NCBI GenBank assembly: GCA_040377305.1
Contig: JBEIPA010000012.1
Location: 64,001-128,000 of the forward strand
Length of the DNA: 64,000 bases
Origin: Flavobacteriales bacterium
GTDB lineage: Bacteria; Bacteroidota; Bacteroidia; Palsa-965
Direction of reading: 5' to 3'
The position numbers and the translations under genes are program-made. Shown here in pieces: positions 17,765 to 27,664 of this stretch. Position 1 is the first letter of the stretch; every line of letters starts with the position of its first letter. The notes under the pieces were generated by a model, which did not search any database, was not told the DNA's origin, and saw only the letters and a program-made list of their open reading frames with translations.

Positions 17765-18833
17765 CCTTCTGAGGAGGTTTTGAATAACGTGTGATTCCGT
17801 AGAGTATTCCGCCAATGATGACCATGTACGCGACAAATCCAGCGATGTATTTCCAGTTCCAGGTTGTGAGCGATTTCTGTATAACAACAATCAACACTGT
17901 TGAAACCATAGAAATGCCACCGTAGGTCATGGCAACCTGACTGTCACTCAATCCAAGATAGGAGAGATGATGTGTAGTGTGGTCTTTACCTCCAATGAAC
18001 GGAGATTTTCTTTTGAGCAAACGGTTAATGACAACGGTTGTGGTGTCGACTATGGGAATAAGGAACCCAATTCCAACGACGATGATTTGTTTCGAACGAA
18101 TAAAATTGTTGTCGATGTCGGGGTGATTCCAGAAATACTGGATTCCGAAAATTGCAAGCACGATTCCAAGAAACTGGCTTCCGGTATCTCCCATGAACAA
18201 ACGGGAAGGATGCCAATTGTAGAAGAGAAATCCAAGTAGTGATCCGCCTACACCGATGATGATGAGCATGTGGGCATTGTAATAATCCTGACTCATGAAC
18301 AATATCAGAAATGCCTGCAGCAAGATGAAGAGTGAAGTGACCGCAGTTATTGCATCCATGTTGTCAAGCATGTTGATGGAGTTCATCATGGCAACAACCC
18401 AGAAAACAGTTAGTAGGATGTTGAGATATTCATTGCCAGTAACCGTGATGAGAAATCCGGTATTCGCTACAATCAATCCGCATAAGAACTGAACTATAAA
18501 CTTCAGCAGTGGTTTGGTGTTGTATGCATCGTCTGCAAGTCCCATGAGAAAGGCAAGCGTAACACTTCCCAGTAAACCCAACATTGCGGTGTCTGTGGGT
18601 ATAAACTTGTAGGGAAAGAAAACCGTGTAACAGGCAATCGAAATCAGGAACACAAAGAAGAATGTAATTCCACCCAATGAGGGTTTCTGCATCGGCGACC
18701 AACGGATCAAATCTCCGTCTGAACGAATTCCCAGGTTTCGGGAAAAGCGCAAAAAGAGGCCGTTAAGCATCAAAGCCACAACGATACTGAAAATGAAAAA
18801 TCCCGCGTAAATCAGGATGTAGTTGCCGCTCAT
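17736..18833 (-). CDS. wecA: WecA/MraY family polyprenyl-phosphate GlcNAc-1-P transferase
   Basis: PSLGG, MGLADD, NSINMLDNMD, FMGDTGS and DHTTHH motifs; multi-TM. Confidence 0.85.
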   Translation of the reverse strand: MSGNYILIYAGFFIFSIVVALMLNGLFLRFSRNLGIRSDGDLIRWSPMQKPSLGGITFFFVFLISIACYTVFFPYKFIPTDTAMLGLLGSVTLAFLMGLADDAYNTKPLLKFIVQFLCGLIVANTGFLITVTGNEYLNILLTVFWVVAMMNSINMLDNMDAITAVTSLFILLQAFLILFMSQDYYNAHMLIIIGVGGSLLGFLFYNWHPSRLFMGDTGSQFLGIVLAIFGIQYFWNHPDIDNNFIRSKQIIVVGIGFLIPIVDTTTVVINRLLKRKSPFIGGKDHTTHHLSYLGLSDSQVAMTYGGISMVSTVLIVVIQKSLTTWNWKYIAGFVAYMVIIGGILYGITRYSKPPQKDEKENGKNN

Positions 18834-18855
18834 CCGAAGGGTTAAAACTGAAGCG

Positions 18856-18863
18856 CAAAGATA
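18856..18863 (-). promoter_or_regulatory. -7 element for wecA-transglycosylase-uvrA
   Basis: TATCTTTG on the minus strand 22 nt upstream of the wecA ATG. Confidence 0.55.
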
Positions 18864-18953
18864 CGAAATCAGCAGGCAGCGTGTTGAACAGGATTACATA
18901 GTAAACGTAAAGTTGTTCACCACATAACACGCATTAAATCTCTGAAAAGCAGA

Positions 18954-19505
18954 CTATTGAAATAAAAAGGGAGACTCGAAATCTTTCAGCAAACTTCCTT
19001 CGAGGTCTTTAGGTGAAAGAAGTGGATTGTTTACGTTCCAGTCAATTTTCAAGTCAGGATCGTTCCACAAAAGGCAGCCTTCAGAAGCCTTGTTGTAATA
19101 GTTTGAACACTTGTACTGGAAAATGGTGTTGTCTTCCAGAGACACAAAGCCATGTGCAAATCCTGCTGGAATGTAGAATTGAAGATTGTTCTCAGCGGAG
19201 AGAATGATTGTTTCGTGAAGTCCATACGTCGGAGAGCCTTTACGAATGTCCACTGCAACATCCAGTACAGCACCCCGCGTTACACGAACGAGCTTTGCCT
19301 GTGCAAACGGTGGAGTCTGAAAATGCAAGCCGCGCAAAACGTTTGCTTTTGACTCCGATTGATTATCCTGAACAAAGTCATCGTTTATTCCGGCAACGGT
19401 AAAAATTTGCTTGCTAAACGATTCATAGAATGAACCTCTGTTGTCGCCGAAAACTTTTGGTTTAATAATCCGGAGGCCCGGAATCTTAGAAGCAACTATT
19501 TCCAC
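18954..19505 (-). CDS. rfbC: dTDP-4-dehydrorhamnose 3,5-epimerase
   Basis: FGDNRGSF, VQDNQS, LRGLHFQ, QAKLV and GFAHGF motifs. Confidence 0.97.
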   Translation of the reverse strand: MEIVASKIPGLRIIKPKVFGDNRGSFYESFSKQIFTVAGINDDFVQDNQSESKANVLRGLHFQTPPFAQAKLVRVTRGAVLDVAVDIRKGSPTYGLHETIILSAENNLQFYIPAGFAHGFVSLEDNTIFQYKCSNYYNKASEGCLLWNDPDLKIDWNVNNPLLSPKDLEGSLLKDFESPFLFQ

Positions 19506-21961
19506 TATTTCCTTTTTAAAATCCTACTTAGAATTCCTTTAGACTTTGGCTTTTGATCCTCGTCATAATATCCATAACCGTAACCATAACCATATCCGTA
19601 ACCATAACCATAACCGGCGTTGGCAGATTTGCGATCTACATCAACACCATTGAGAACAACTGCAAGCTTGCGCACATTATTTTCATTGTGGAGTCGATCA
19701 ACAATCTGAATGAAATTTTTCCGGGAGTAGTCTGCCCTGAAAATATAAATCGGGTAATCTGCTTTCTGGAAAATGTGAATTCCATCAGTTACTAATCCAA
19801 CTGGTGGGTTATCTACAATAACAATGTCGTACATGCTCTTGAATTCATCCAGAAGCTCATCCATTTTTTTACTGATGATGAGCTCCGAAGGATTAGGAGG
19901 AATTGGACCTGCAGTAATGAAATGTAAATTCTCCTGAGAACTATGACGTATGCAGTTCTCCAGCGAATCGCGCCCGATCAGTAGTGTGCTCATTCCGCGG
20001 TCGTTTGGAACATTAAAGCCCAGGTGAATTTTTGGCTTACGCATGTCCAGATCGACAATGATCACTTTCTTTCCGGAGTAAGCAATAATTCCCCCGAGGT
20101 TAATCGCCACGAATGTTTTGCCTTCGCCGGAAATGGTTGACGTCACCGCTAACACTTTTGACCCCGGTTCGTTATCAATGAACTGAAGATTTGTTCGCAA
20201 TGAACGAAAAGCTTCAGAGATCAAAGACTTCGGATTCTTGTCGACGATAAGCTGCGATACCGGAATTTCATGCTTGTATTTCGGAACAATTCCCAACGCA
20301 CTTACTGAAGCATTTGTGTGGCGTAGTATTTCATTCAGACTGCTGATCGTATCATGGAGCAGGTAACGGATAATTACGAGAATAATACTTACCAGAGACG
20401 CAACAAGGAAGCAGGTAAGAATCGTCGCACGACTTGACGGGCGAATAGGAGTAGTCGGAATGCGCGCCTGTTCCAGGATAACGTGGTTTGCCGTGATTCC
20501 TTTTTCGCTGATCTGAAATTCTGTTTTGCGCTCGAGTAGTAAGTTGAAAAACTTTTCGTTGATGTTGTAAAGTCGCTGAAGTTCGAGGTACTTGAAAGCG
20601 CTATCCATTTTCACGGTACCGCGTTCGTAAGTATAAGCACCCATTTTCTGTGCAATGGCATCGCGACGGATCGTGTTTTGCTGAAGCAACGAGGCAACGC
20701 TTGCCGTCAATATATTTTTCTGCGTTTCTATCTGGAAGTCCAATGCTTTCACTTCCGGACTATCCTTGGTTGCCACGTACATGGCCTGATCGCGTTCATC
20801 AATTAGGCGTGCAAGGTTTGATAGCGGTAGATTCAATGCCTGACTGTTGTCCGTACCTGCGAGTAATGCAATGATCGACTTCACATCGGTCTTTGGATCG
20901 TTCAAACGTTCAGAGACCTGCGAGAGTACCTGTATCTGAAGTTCCAGATCCGTTAACTGTGCTTCAAGAGTACCGTATCTCGAAAAGTTGAACGCCATCA
21001 GTTCCGGATCTTTTTCCGGACCCATTTGCTGTTTGAATTTATCAAGAGAATCTTCGGAAGATTTCATCTTCTCAGTCACCTGATTCAACTGATCATCGAT
21101 AAAAGCCAGAATTGTTTTCGAACTTTTACTTCTGCGTTCAACATCATAATCAATGAACTCGCGTGCCACACAATTCGCAAGGTCGTATGCTTTCTGCGGG
21201 TTGTTAGTTTCAAATGAAATTCGAACGGTCTTTGCTGCTTCGTTCACTAATCCAACGGTTAACTGCGGACCATAGTAATCAGGAAGCAACTCCGGATCAT
21301 TCAGTGTGAAGTAATACTTATTGCTGCCCTCGTCATTAGCAACCATTGAAATTAAACGCACCTGATCGATAGTTACCATCAACGAAACATCATTGAACTC
21401 AACCCACGTGTTGTTCACAAATGATTTTTCAGTAGGAACACCCGACTCGTTAATCGTGATTTTACCGGAGTTATTATCCGCGTTGAATACGATGTCGTTA
21501 CGGCGTCCGTATCCCGCATTATTCTTAACGAGGTAAGTGATGGTATACGGAGACGAGCGATAATGTTCGTTCGTCTTTATGCGCCCCTCTGCGTAGTAAC
21601 TGATCTGCAAGGGAAGCTTGAGCAATGCACGTTTGAGAAACTCTTCCGAACGAATTACCTCGATGAGCGATGCAACTTCATTTGATTCGTCAACGAATGC
21701 TGAATTCATATCAAGCACCTTCGATGAAGTGTTCTCAATATTTATCTGAACAACAGAAGCAGCCTGGTAATAGTTTTGAGAATAACGCAGATACAGCCAC
21801 GAGATTACACCGGCCATTCCCATAAGGAACATGATCCAGATGAGGCTCTTTCTTGCAATGAACATGAAAAGACCGAACTCGAATTCGACACTAAAATTCG
21901 TAAGACGTTCTTTGTAACGGTCAAACGTCTCGTTGCGGTCATTAACCTGCGCCTGTAGCAT
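19505..21961 (-). CDS. wzc: Polysaccharide co-polymerase / BY tyrosine kinase
   Basis: Two TM segments; EAFRSLRTNL; SGEGKT; DLDMRKP; GPIPPNPSEL; DNPP; (GY)n tyrosine cluster. Confidence 0.93.
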   Translation of the reverse strand: MLQAQVNDRNETFDRYKERLTNFSVEFEFGLFMFIARKSLIWIMFLMGMAGVISWLYLRYSQNYYQAASVVQINIENTSSKVLDMNSAFVDESNEVASLIEVIRSEEFLKRALLKLPLQISYYAEGRIKTNEHYRSSPYTITYLVKNNAGYGRRNDIVFNADNNSGKITINESGVPTEKSFVNNTWVEFNDVSLMVTIDQVRLISMVANDEGSNKYYFTLNDPELLPDYYGPQLTVGLVNEAAKTVRISFETNNPQKAYDLANCVAREFIDYDVERRSKSSKTILAFIDDQLNQVTEKMKSSEDSLDKFKQQMGPEKDPELMAFNFSRYGTLEAQLTDLELQIQVLSQVSERLNDPKTDVKSIIALLAGTDNSQALNLPLSNLARLIDERDQAMYVATKDSPEVKALDFQIETQKNILTASVASLLQQNTIRRDAIAQKMGAYTYERGTVKMDSAFKYLELQRLYNINEKFFNLLLERKTEFQISEKGITANHVILEQARIPTTPIRPSSRATILTCFLVASLVSIILVIIRYLLHDTISSLNEILRHTNASVSALGIVPKYKHEIPVSQLIVDKNPKSLISEAFRSLRTNLQFIDNEPGSKVLAVTSTISGEGKTFVAINLGGIIAYSGKKVIIVDLDMRKPKIHLGFNVPNDRGMSTLLIGRDSLENCIRHSSQENLHFITAGPIPPNPSELIISKKMDELLDEFKSMYDIVIVDNPPVGLVTDGIHIFQKADYPIYIFRADYSRKNFIQIVDRLHNENNVRKLAVVLNGVDVDRKSANAGYGYGYGYGYGYGYGYYDEDQKPKSKGILSRILKRK

Positions 21962-21976
21962 CGCTTTTGCGAAAAG

Positions 21977-22780
21977 TTATATTCGGGTGAATATCAAATA
22001 CAGCGAGAAGGATGCAGTAATCAGAGAAAGAATTGGTGTCACCTCCTGCAGGGTGCGGCTTGCTATACGTTTTCGAGGCTCTACGTATATCACATCGTTG
22101 GACTGTACCACAATGCTACCTTGATCAACGTTACGGATATCAGATAGATCGAGCCGGTAAACGTACGGGTTAGCAGGGTCTTCTGATTGTCTGATCAACG
22201 AAATTTTATGCGCTTTACCGTTGGCAGAAATTCCTCCGGCTTGTGCGATCGCTTCAAAAACTGTTGTATTTCCTGCAACCAACGGAATAACTCTCGCTTC
22301 TCCGGGACCTCCAGGGAAAACAATAATTCTCCGGCTGGAAACGCGAATAATTACATAGGGCTTTACGTAATACACCGAGTATCTTTCTTCCAAATGAGCT
22401 TCAGCTTCACGAATAGTCATGCTGTCCAGCTTCACAAGTCCGAGGATAGGCAACTTAGCATAACCACGTGCATCAATCGTGTATTCAAAACCTTGACGTA
22501 CAATTGAATTTGATTGTGCATTCGCTCCCGACGTAATCAGATCGACCATTTTGAAACCATCATTAGCGAACAGACGCAACTCGATTACGTCATCAGGCGC
22601 CAAACGGTATTCGGTTGAAAATCTGGCAGAGTCCAACTTCAGCGTGTCAAACACAAAGTTTTTGTCTGCTTCAATCATGATGCTGGGATTAAGCAACCGG
22701 CAACTGTTTAAACTCAACAGCGCAATTGGTGTCAGAATCAGCAGAAATCTCTTAAGTGTAGCTAGTTTCATACAGCGCAT
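21977..22780 (-). CDS. wza: Polysaccharide export outer-membrane lipoprotein
   Basis: LSLNSC lipobox; EYRLAPDDVI; GYAKLPILG; AIAQAGG; DVIYVEP. Start is 22780 or 22771, with TACCTTTG at 22793-22800. Confidence 0.88.
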   Translation of the reverse strand: MRCMKLATLKRFLLILTPIALLSLNSCRLLNPSIMIEADKNFVFDTLKLDSARFSTEYRLAPDDVIELRLFANDGFKMVDLITSGANAQSNSIVRQGFEYTIDARGYAKLPILGLVKLDSMTIREAEAHLEERYSVYYVKPYVIIRVSSRRIIVFPGGPGEARVIPLVAGNTTVFEAIAQAGGISANGKAHKISLIRQSEDPANPYVYRLDLSDIRNVDQGSIVVQSNDVIYVEPRKRIASRTLQEVTPILSLITASFSLYLIFTRI

Positions 22781-22816
22781 GGATACTTGCTGCAAAGGTA
22801 TCAAAATCAGCGGTTT

Positions 22817-24028
22817 TTACGCCTTTTGGGACAACAATCGGGTGTACAAACGCTTCATATCTGCACAAAGACGTTGATAGCTGTAATTCCGGAGAACTTG
22901 ATCTTTCGCGCGGGAAGCCATCGATTCGCGCAAATCAACATTATTAATCAGCTTTTCGAGGTGTTCAGTAAATGTTTTAACATCTCCGGGATCGCAAACA
23001 AAACCTGTTTCTCCATGCTTAACGATATCCTCAACACCTCCAGCCCGGGTGGTTACTACCGGACAAGACGCTGCGTGTGCTTCGATTAAGCTTACTGGCG
23101 TTCCTTCATTCCACGATGTTAATGCTATAATTTCGGATCCGGCAAGTACAGCATCTACTTCACGAATCCACGATGTAAATACAATCTGATCCCGATAAAG
23201 CTCGGTTACCGCAATGCTGTTTAGATAATTTACGTGCTCTTCCAATTCTGTCCGCATTTCCCCATCACCCACAATCAGAAACCTGATTTTGTTGGGTCGT
23301 GTTTCCAGAATTTTGAACGCACTCTCCAAAAACATTTTGTGATTCTTCACCGGCACAAGTCTTCCGATAATTGAAATCACAACATCATCATCCGCAATGT
23401 TCCACTTCGCGCGAAATGCTTTCCGTTTCTCCTCCCGATTCTGTTGAAACCTGTCGAGGTCAAATCCCAATGGGATCACTTCCATTTTTTCACGAGGACA
23501 GATTTTGTGCACATCACACAATTCTGTTTTTTGAATCTCGCTGATTGCTACAATGGCTGTACTTCGTTTTGCGAGATAACGTTCAATCCGTTTAAAAATC
23601 GCAGTGGTGAATCCGCTGAAGTACGAATGAAAAACATGCCCGTGAAAAGTGTGTACAATTACAGGTACTTTTTCTTTGATTGCAGCTAATCTTCCAAGTG
23701 CACCTGACTTTGATGCGTGCGTGTGAACAATATCCGGTTTGAATTCGCGAATGATTTTGCGGATCTCTTTGTAGGCTTTGTAGTCGTTCAGCGGATTGAG
23801 GCTGCGCTTCATGCCGTGAATAATTCTTGGAGCAATGCCAAGATTTTTCACAATGAAATCGGAGTCAGCTTCTGATTCGTCTTTCTCTCCACCAACGAGA
23901 AGTGTTTCATACTCCGGCTCGAGATATTTCGTGAGATACGAAACGTTGTACGTCGGGCCGCCAAGATTAAAGCGGTTGATTATTCGCAGGACGCGGATTT
24001 TGTTCTCAGTTCTCGGTTCTCGGTTCAC
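22817..24028 (-). CDS. Glycosyltransferase family 4
   Basis: RIINRFNLGGP, PDIVHTH, IGRLVPVKNH and EGTPVSLIEA motifs. Probable GTG start at 24028. Confidence 0.9.
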   Translation of the reverse strand: MNREPRTENKIRVLRIINRFNLGGPTYNVSYLTKYLEPEYETLLVGGEKDESEADSDFIVKNLGIAPRIIHGMKRSLNPLNDYKAYKEIRKIIREFKPDIVHTHASKSGALGRLAAIKEKVPVIVHTFHGHVFHSYFSGFTTAIFKRIERYLAKRSTAIVAISEIQKTELCDVHKICPREKMEVIPLGFDLDRFQQNREEKRKAFRAKWNIADDDVVISIIGRLVPVKNHKMFLESAFKILETRPNKIRFLIVGDGEMRTELEEHVNYLNSIAVTELYRDQIVFTSWIREVDAVLAGSEIIALTSWNEGTPVSLIEAHAASCPVVTTRAGGVEDIVKHGETGFVCDPGDVKTFTEHLEKLINNVDLRESMASRAKDQVLRNYSYQRLCADMKRLYTRLLSQKA

Positions 24029-24110
24029 AGCAGGAGTAACTGAAATAAATGTACTTGATATTAATGAGAATTCGTTGAACTGAGCACTGAGAACAGAGCA
24101 CTTGGAACAA

Positions 24111-24743
24111 TTACCAGAGATGTTCCGTCTCACCCAAACCTTGTCGCACAACAGCACATGCACCACCGGCCGCATCAATAATGGTTGAAACCTGATTGTG
24201 GCAATACCCGCCGTTGATTACAAGCTGCACTTCATCGCGATCCTGAAACTTCTCGTAAACGGCATCCGGATCAGCGAAAAATTCTTCGAGCTCTTCTTCC
24301 GACTGATGTGCAGAAGAGGATACAATCGGATTGCCCAACTCTTTCACAATCTCACTCACGATTTTATTGTCTGGTACACGGATTCCGATCGTCTTTTTCT
24401 TGTGCAGAAAGAACTTCGGAACTTTTTGATTCGCATCAAGAATGAACGTGTACGGACCAGGAAGTGCTTTCTTCAGGACACGAAACACTGGTGTCTTTAT
24501 CGGTGTTGTGAAATCCGCCAGATGTGAAAGATCATGGCAGATGATGGAGAAATTCGCTTGCGTCACTGGAATGTTCTTCAGCTTGCACAAATTCTCAAGC
24601 GCTTTTGGTTGCATGATGTCGCAGCCGATCCCGTAAACCGTATCAGTAGGGTAGACGATGATTCCACCCGAACGCAAAATATTCGCAGCACGAATAATTT
24701 GATCGTGATCGGGTTTATCTGGATTGAGATAGATTAAAGCCAT
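24111..24743 (-). CDS. Sua5/YciO/YrdC family threonylcarbamoyl-AMP synthase-like protein
   Basis: YPTDTVYGIGC, LPGPYTFIL, IGIRVP and SSSA motifs. Confidence 0.9.
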   Translation of the reverse strand: MALIYLNPDKPDHDQIIRAANILRSGGIIVYPTDTVYGIGCDIMQPKALENLCKLKNIPVTQANFSIICHDLSHLADFTTPIKTPVFRVLKKALPGPYTFILDANQKVPKFFLHKKKTIGIRVPDNKIVSEIVKELGNPIVSSSAHQSEEELEEFFADPDAVYEKFQDRDEVQLVINGGYCHNQVSTIIDAAGGACAVVRQGLGETEHLW

Positions 24744-24884
24744 CGGTACTTCTTCTACGACTTCGGTAATTTGAAGATTCTAAAATTCGAAGATTTGAAA
24801 ATACCGGGGGTTAATTGGAACGATTAGCCAGCTTTCAACCGGTAATCGAATTTTCAAATCTTCAAATATTCGAATAGATTGATG

Positions 24885-25538
24885 TTATGCGAACTTCTTC
24901 GCGTCAATCAGGAACTGTGCAAGCCCGGTGTCGGTTAGCGGATGCTTCAACAAAGCAGTGATCGCACTCAAAGGACATGTTGCAACATCAGCTCCGATTT
25001 TCGCGCACTCAATAATGTGCATCGGGTGACGAACTGAAGCAGCGAGAATTTCTGTGCGGTATCCGTAGTTGTCGTAAATGGTTCTGATCTCTTCAATCAA
25101 AGCAAGTCCATTTACAGAAACATCATCCAATCGACCAATGAAAGGCGACACATAAGAAGCTCCGGCTTTAGCAGCGAGCAATGCTTGTCCTGAAGAAAAC
25201 ACGAGTGTGCAGTTCGTGCGGATTCCTTTATCACTGAAATAGCGGATCGCACGAATGCCGTCTTTTATCATCGGAACTTTCACCACAATCTGGTTGTGCA
25301 GCTTCGCGAGCTCTTCACCTTCTTTAATGATGGTTTCGTAATCAGTTGCAATTACTTCTGCACTCACATCACCAGTTACGATGTTGCAAATGTCGACGTA
25401 ATGTTTCATCACCGCTTCTTTTCCGGAGATTCCAACTTTAGCCATGAGAGATGGGTTAGTTGTTACTCCGTCGAGCACACCTAATTCCTGTGCTTCTTTA
25501 ATTTGTGCGAGATCTGCGGTATCGATGAAAAATTTCAT
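24885..25538 (-). CDS. fsa: Fructose-6-phosphate aldolase / transaldolase (TalC family)
   Basis: [37 protein letters not shown] and ILAASVR motifs. Confidence 0.93.
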   Translation of the reverse strand: MKFFIDTADLAQIKEAQELGVLDGVTTNPSLMAKVGISGKEAVMKHYVDICNIVTGDVSAEVIATDYETIIKEGEELAKLHNQIVVKVPMIKDGIRAIRYFSDKGIRTNCTLVFSSGQALLAAKAGASYVSPFIGRLDDVSVNGLALIEEIRTIYDNYGYRTEILAASVRHPMHIIECAKIGADVATCPLSAITALLKHPLTDTGLAQFLIDAKKFA

Positions 25539-25700
25539 AGTTGTGTGTTTTTACGAATGCGAAATTACTCATAGTTCCCGGTTCTCAGTTCCCGGTTTCC
25601 GGTTGAGCGAAGTGCTATTGTCAACAATATTTGAACACAAGTTGAGCGTAATGAGGAGATTCATTCATAATACGCGAAACAGGGATCTGAGAACCGGAAA

Positions 25701-26249
25701 CTACTTGTAGATCTCGTAGTATACGCAGTCCATGAGTATTCCATCATGTGAACGAAAATCGCGTTTCGCCAGACCAATTTCACTCGCATTTAGCTTTTTC
25801 GCAATTGCAACAGAAGCTTTATTCTCCGGCCAGATACGCATGGTGATTTTCTCCAGCTTCAATTTCGCAAAACCCCAATCGGAAAACGCCTTCGCGACTT
25901 TGGTTCCCAATCCTTTTCCGGTGCGCGATTTCTCAATGAAATATCCCATGTCGCATTTCGGTACAGTCCAATCGAACTTGGTGAAAAGAACATGACCAAA
26001 TAATCTTTCAGTTAGTGGATCAAACACACCGCAAACCACAATCAGTCCCGATTTACGCTCGGCTTGTTTCTGCAGAATATATTTTCGTGTGCGCATCACC
26101 GTACTCGTGCCAGCAACCGATAGAGGAAACGTATGTAACAGATCCGCTTGATTTGCCTTCATCATGCGATGCAAAGGATGTGTATCGCCCATTGCATACG
26201 GACGAATTACAAAGTCTGGGGTTTCGAGAACTGGGGCTGGGATGTTCAC
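25701..26249 (-). CDS. GNAT N-acetyltransferase (RimJ/RimL type)
   Basis: MGYFI...GKGLGT...ENKASVAIAKKL. Start moved to GTG 26249 because the longer ORF runs into the SRP RNA. Confidence 0.85.
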   Translation of the reverse strand: MNIPAPVLETPDFVIRPYAMGDTHPLHRMMKANQADLLHTFPLSVAGTSTVMRTRKYILQKQAERKSGLIVVCGVFDPLTERLFGHVLFTKFDWTVPKCDMGYFIEKSRTGKGLGTKVAKAFSDWGFAKLKLEKITMRIWPENKASVAIAKKLNASEIGLAKRDFRSHDGILMDCVYYEIYK

Positions 26250-26265
26250 GTATGGGCAAAAAAAA

Positions 26266-26365
26266 GTGGGTAAGCTACTCATATCGCACCGCTCAACCAC
26301 CTACCCTTGCTCCCTTCCGGACCTGGGGGATTCAGCAGGAGCTGGTCGTATAAGACTTACCCGGC
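26266..26365 (-). ncRNA. ffs: Small signal recognition particle RNA (4.5S)
   Basis: The minus strand carries the domain IV core CAGGTCCGGAAGGGAGCA. The ends GGGTAAGT/GCTTACCC pair, a U tract follows, and TACTTTTG lies at 26374-26367. Confidence 0.92.
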
Positions 26366-26485
26366 ACAAAAGTAGCAAAAGTGTGCAGTTTATCGTGCGC
26401 CGTACACAGTATTTTATTTTCCATGCTGCCAATTACCGTGAACTGCGCACTGTTTCCCTCGCACTGCGTACTTTTAGGTCGCTAG

Positions 26486-27280
26486 ATGATTGAGCCATTG
26501 AATATTCGCACAGTAGATGTTACCCGCTATATCGCACCGTTGCGGGAAGGTGGATCACTGCCTGCGATAGCGGAAGCTGACGATCATTTCAAATACGTTT
26601 TAAAATTCCGGGGCGCCGGACATGGCACTAAAGCATTGATCGCCGAGTTTATTGGCTCTGAAGTTGCGCGGGCACTCGGTTTTCGTGTTCCGGAAGTTGT
26701 ATTTGCCCGCCTTGATGAAGCCTTCGGTCGTACGGAAGGTGATGAAGAGATTCAGGAATTGCTGCGAAAAAGTCACGGGATCAATCTAGGACTTCATTTT
26801 CTTTCCGGCGCCGTTACGTTCGATCCGGTGACGAATAAAATTGATGAGTTAACCGCTTCGAAGATTGTATGGCTGGATGCTTTTCTCACGAACATCGACC
26901 GCACATTCCGCAATACAAATATGCTGATGTGGAACAAGGAACTATGGCTCATTGATCACGGCGCAGCTTTATATTTTCACCATTCCTGGAGCAATTGGGA
27001 AGTTCATGCGAAAAGTGCTTTCGAACTGATCAAGGATCATGTACTTCTTCCATCTGCAACACAAATGCAAGAAGCGGATGCAGCATGCCGCGCATTGTTG
27101 AATCCTGATTTTTTTACCCGGTTAGTAGATGCATTGCCTGAAGATTGGCTGACGTGGGAGGGAAGTGAACTGACGCCAATTGAAATCCGAAAAGTCTACA
27201 GCAATTTTTTAGCAATGCGACTCGCGCATTCTTCCATTTTCACTAATGCCGCAAACGATGCACGGAAAACGCTTGTATGA
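26486..27280 (+). CDS. HipA-like Ser/Thr kinase
   Basis: PLREGGSLP P-loop; YVLKFRGAG; NIDRT...N..LWLIDHGA catalytic motifs. Confidence 0.88.
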   Translation: MIEPLNIRTVDVTRYIAPLREGGSLPAIAEADDHFKYVLKFRGAGHGTKALIAEFIGSEVARALGFRVPEVVFARLDEAFGRTEGDEEIQELLRKSHGINLGLHFLSGAVTFDPVTNKIDELTASKIVWLDAFLTNIDRTFRNTNMLMWNKELWLIDHGAALYFHHSWSNWEVHAKSAFELIKDHVLLPSATQMQEADAACRALLNPDFFTRLVDALPEDWLTWEGSELTPIEIRKVYSNFLAMRLAHSSIFTNAANDARKTLV

Positions 27281-27641
27281 GTATGCGGTGATCCGTTATG
27301 TCCCTCGTGTCGAACGGGAGGAGTTTCTTAACGTAGGAGTGATCGTGTTCTGCAAAGACGAGAAAAAAGTACACGTGTTGTTTCATGTCAATGAGGCACG
27401 GCTTCATTCCTTAGCACCGGATGCAGATGTGAAAGAACTCAATGCATACCTCGAAGCATTTGCGGCAACAGCATCGGGTAGGAAGGAAGGTGGACCCATT
27501 GCACGGGAAGATGCTGCGTCGCGTTTCCGTTGGTTGACTGCAGTGCGAAGTTCTTCGATTCAGACGTCGCGTCCACATCCCGGATTTTCAGGTGATACGG
27601 AAAATACTGCTCAGCGTTTGCTGGATGAACTGGTGAAATAA
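27258..27641 (+). CDS. DUF3037 family protein
   Basis: YEYAVIRYVPRVEREEFLNVGVI; RFRWLTAVRSS; overlaps the kinase stop. Confidence 0.88.
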   Translation: MHGKRLYEYAVIRYVPRVEREEFLNVGVIVFCKDEKKVHVLFHVNEARLHSLAPDADVKELNAYLEAFAATASGRKEGGPIAREDAASRFRWLTAVRSSSIQTSRPHPGFSGDTENTAQRLLDELVK

Positions 27642-27664
27642 ATTGCTGTGTCGCTGTTGGCTTA

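Noticed and set aside
17765-17890. N-terminal extension of the transglycosylase ORF
   Set aside because: It lies deep within wecA. ATG 17764, followed by a basic patch and TM segment, is the plausible start. Track starts were trimmed likewise for tamB, the adhesin, GT4, GNAT, ridA and others.
19568-19620. (GY)8 repeat as a novel element
   Set aside because: It is the standard C-terminal tyrosine cluster of Wzc-type kinases.
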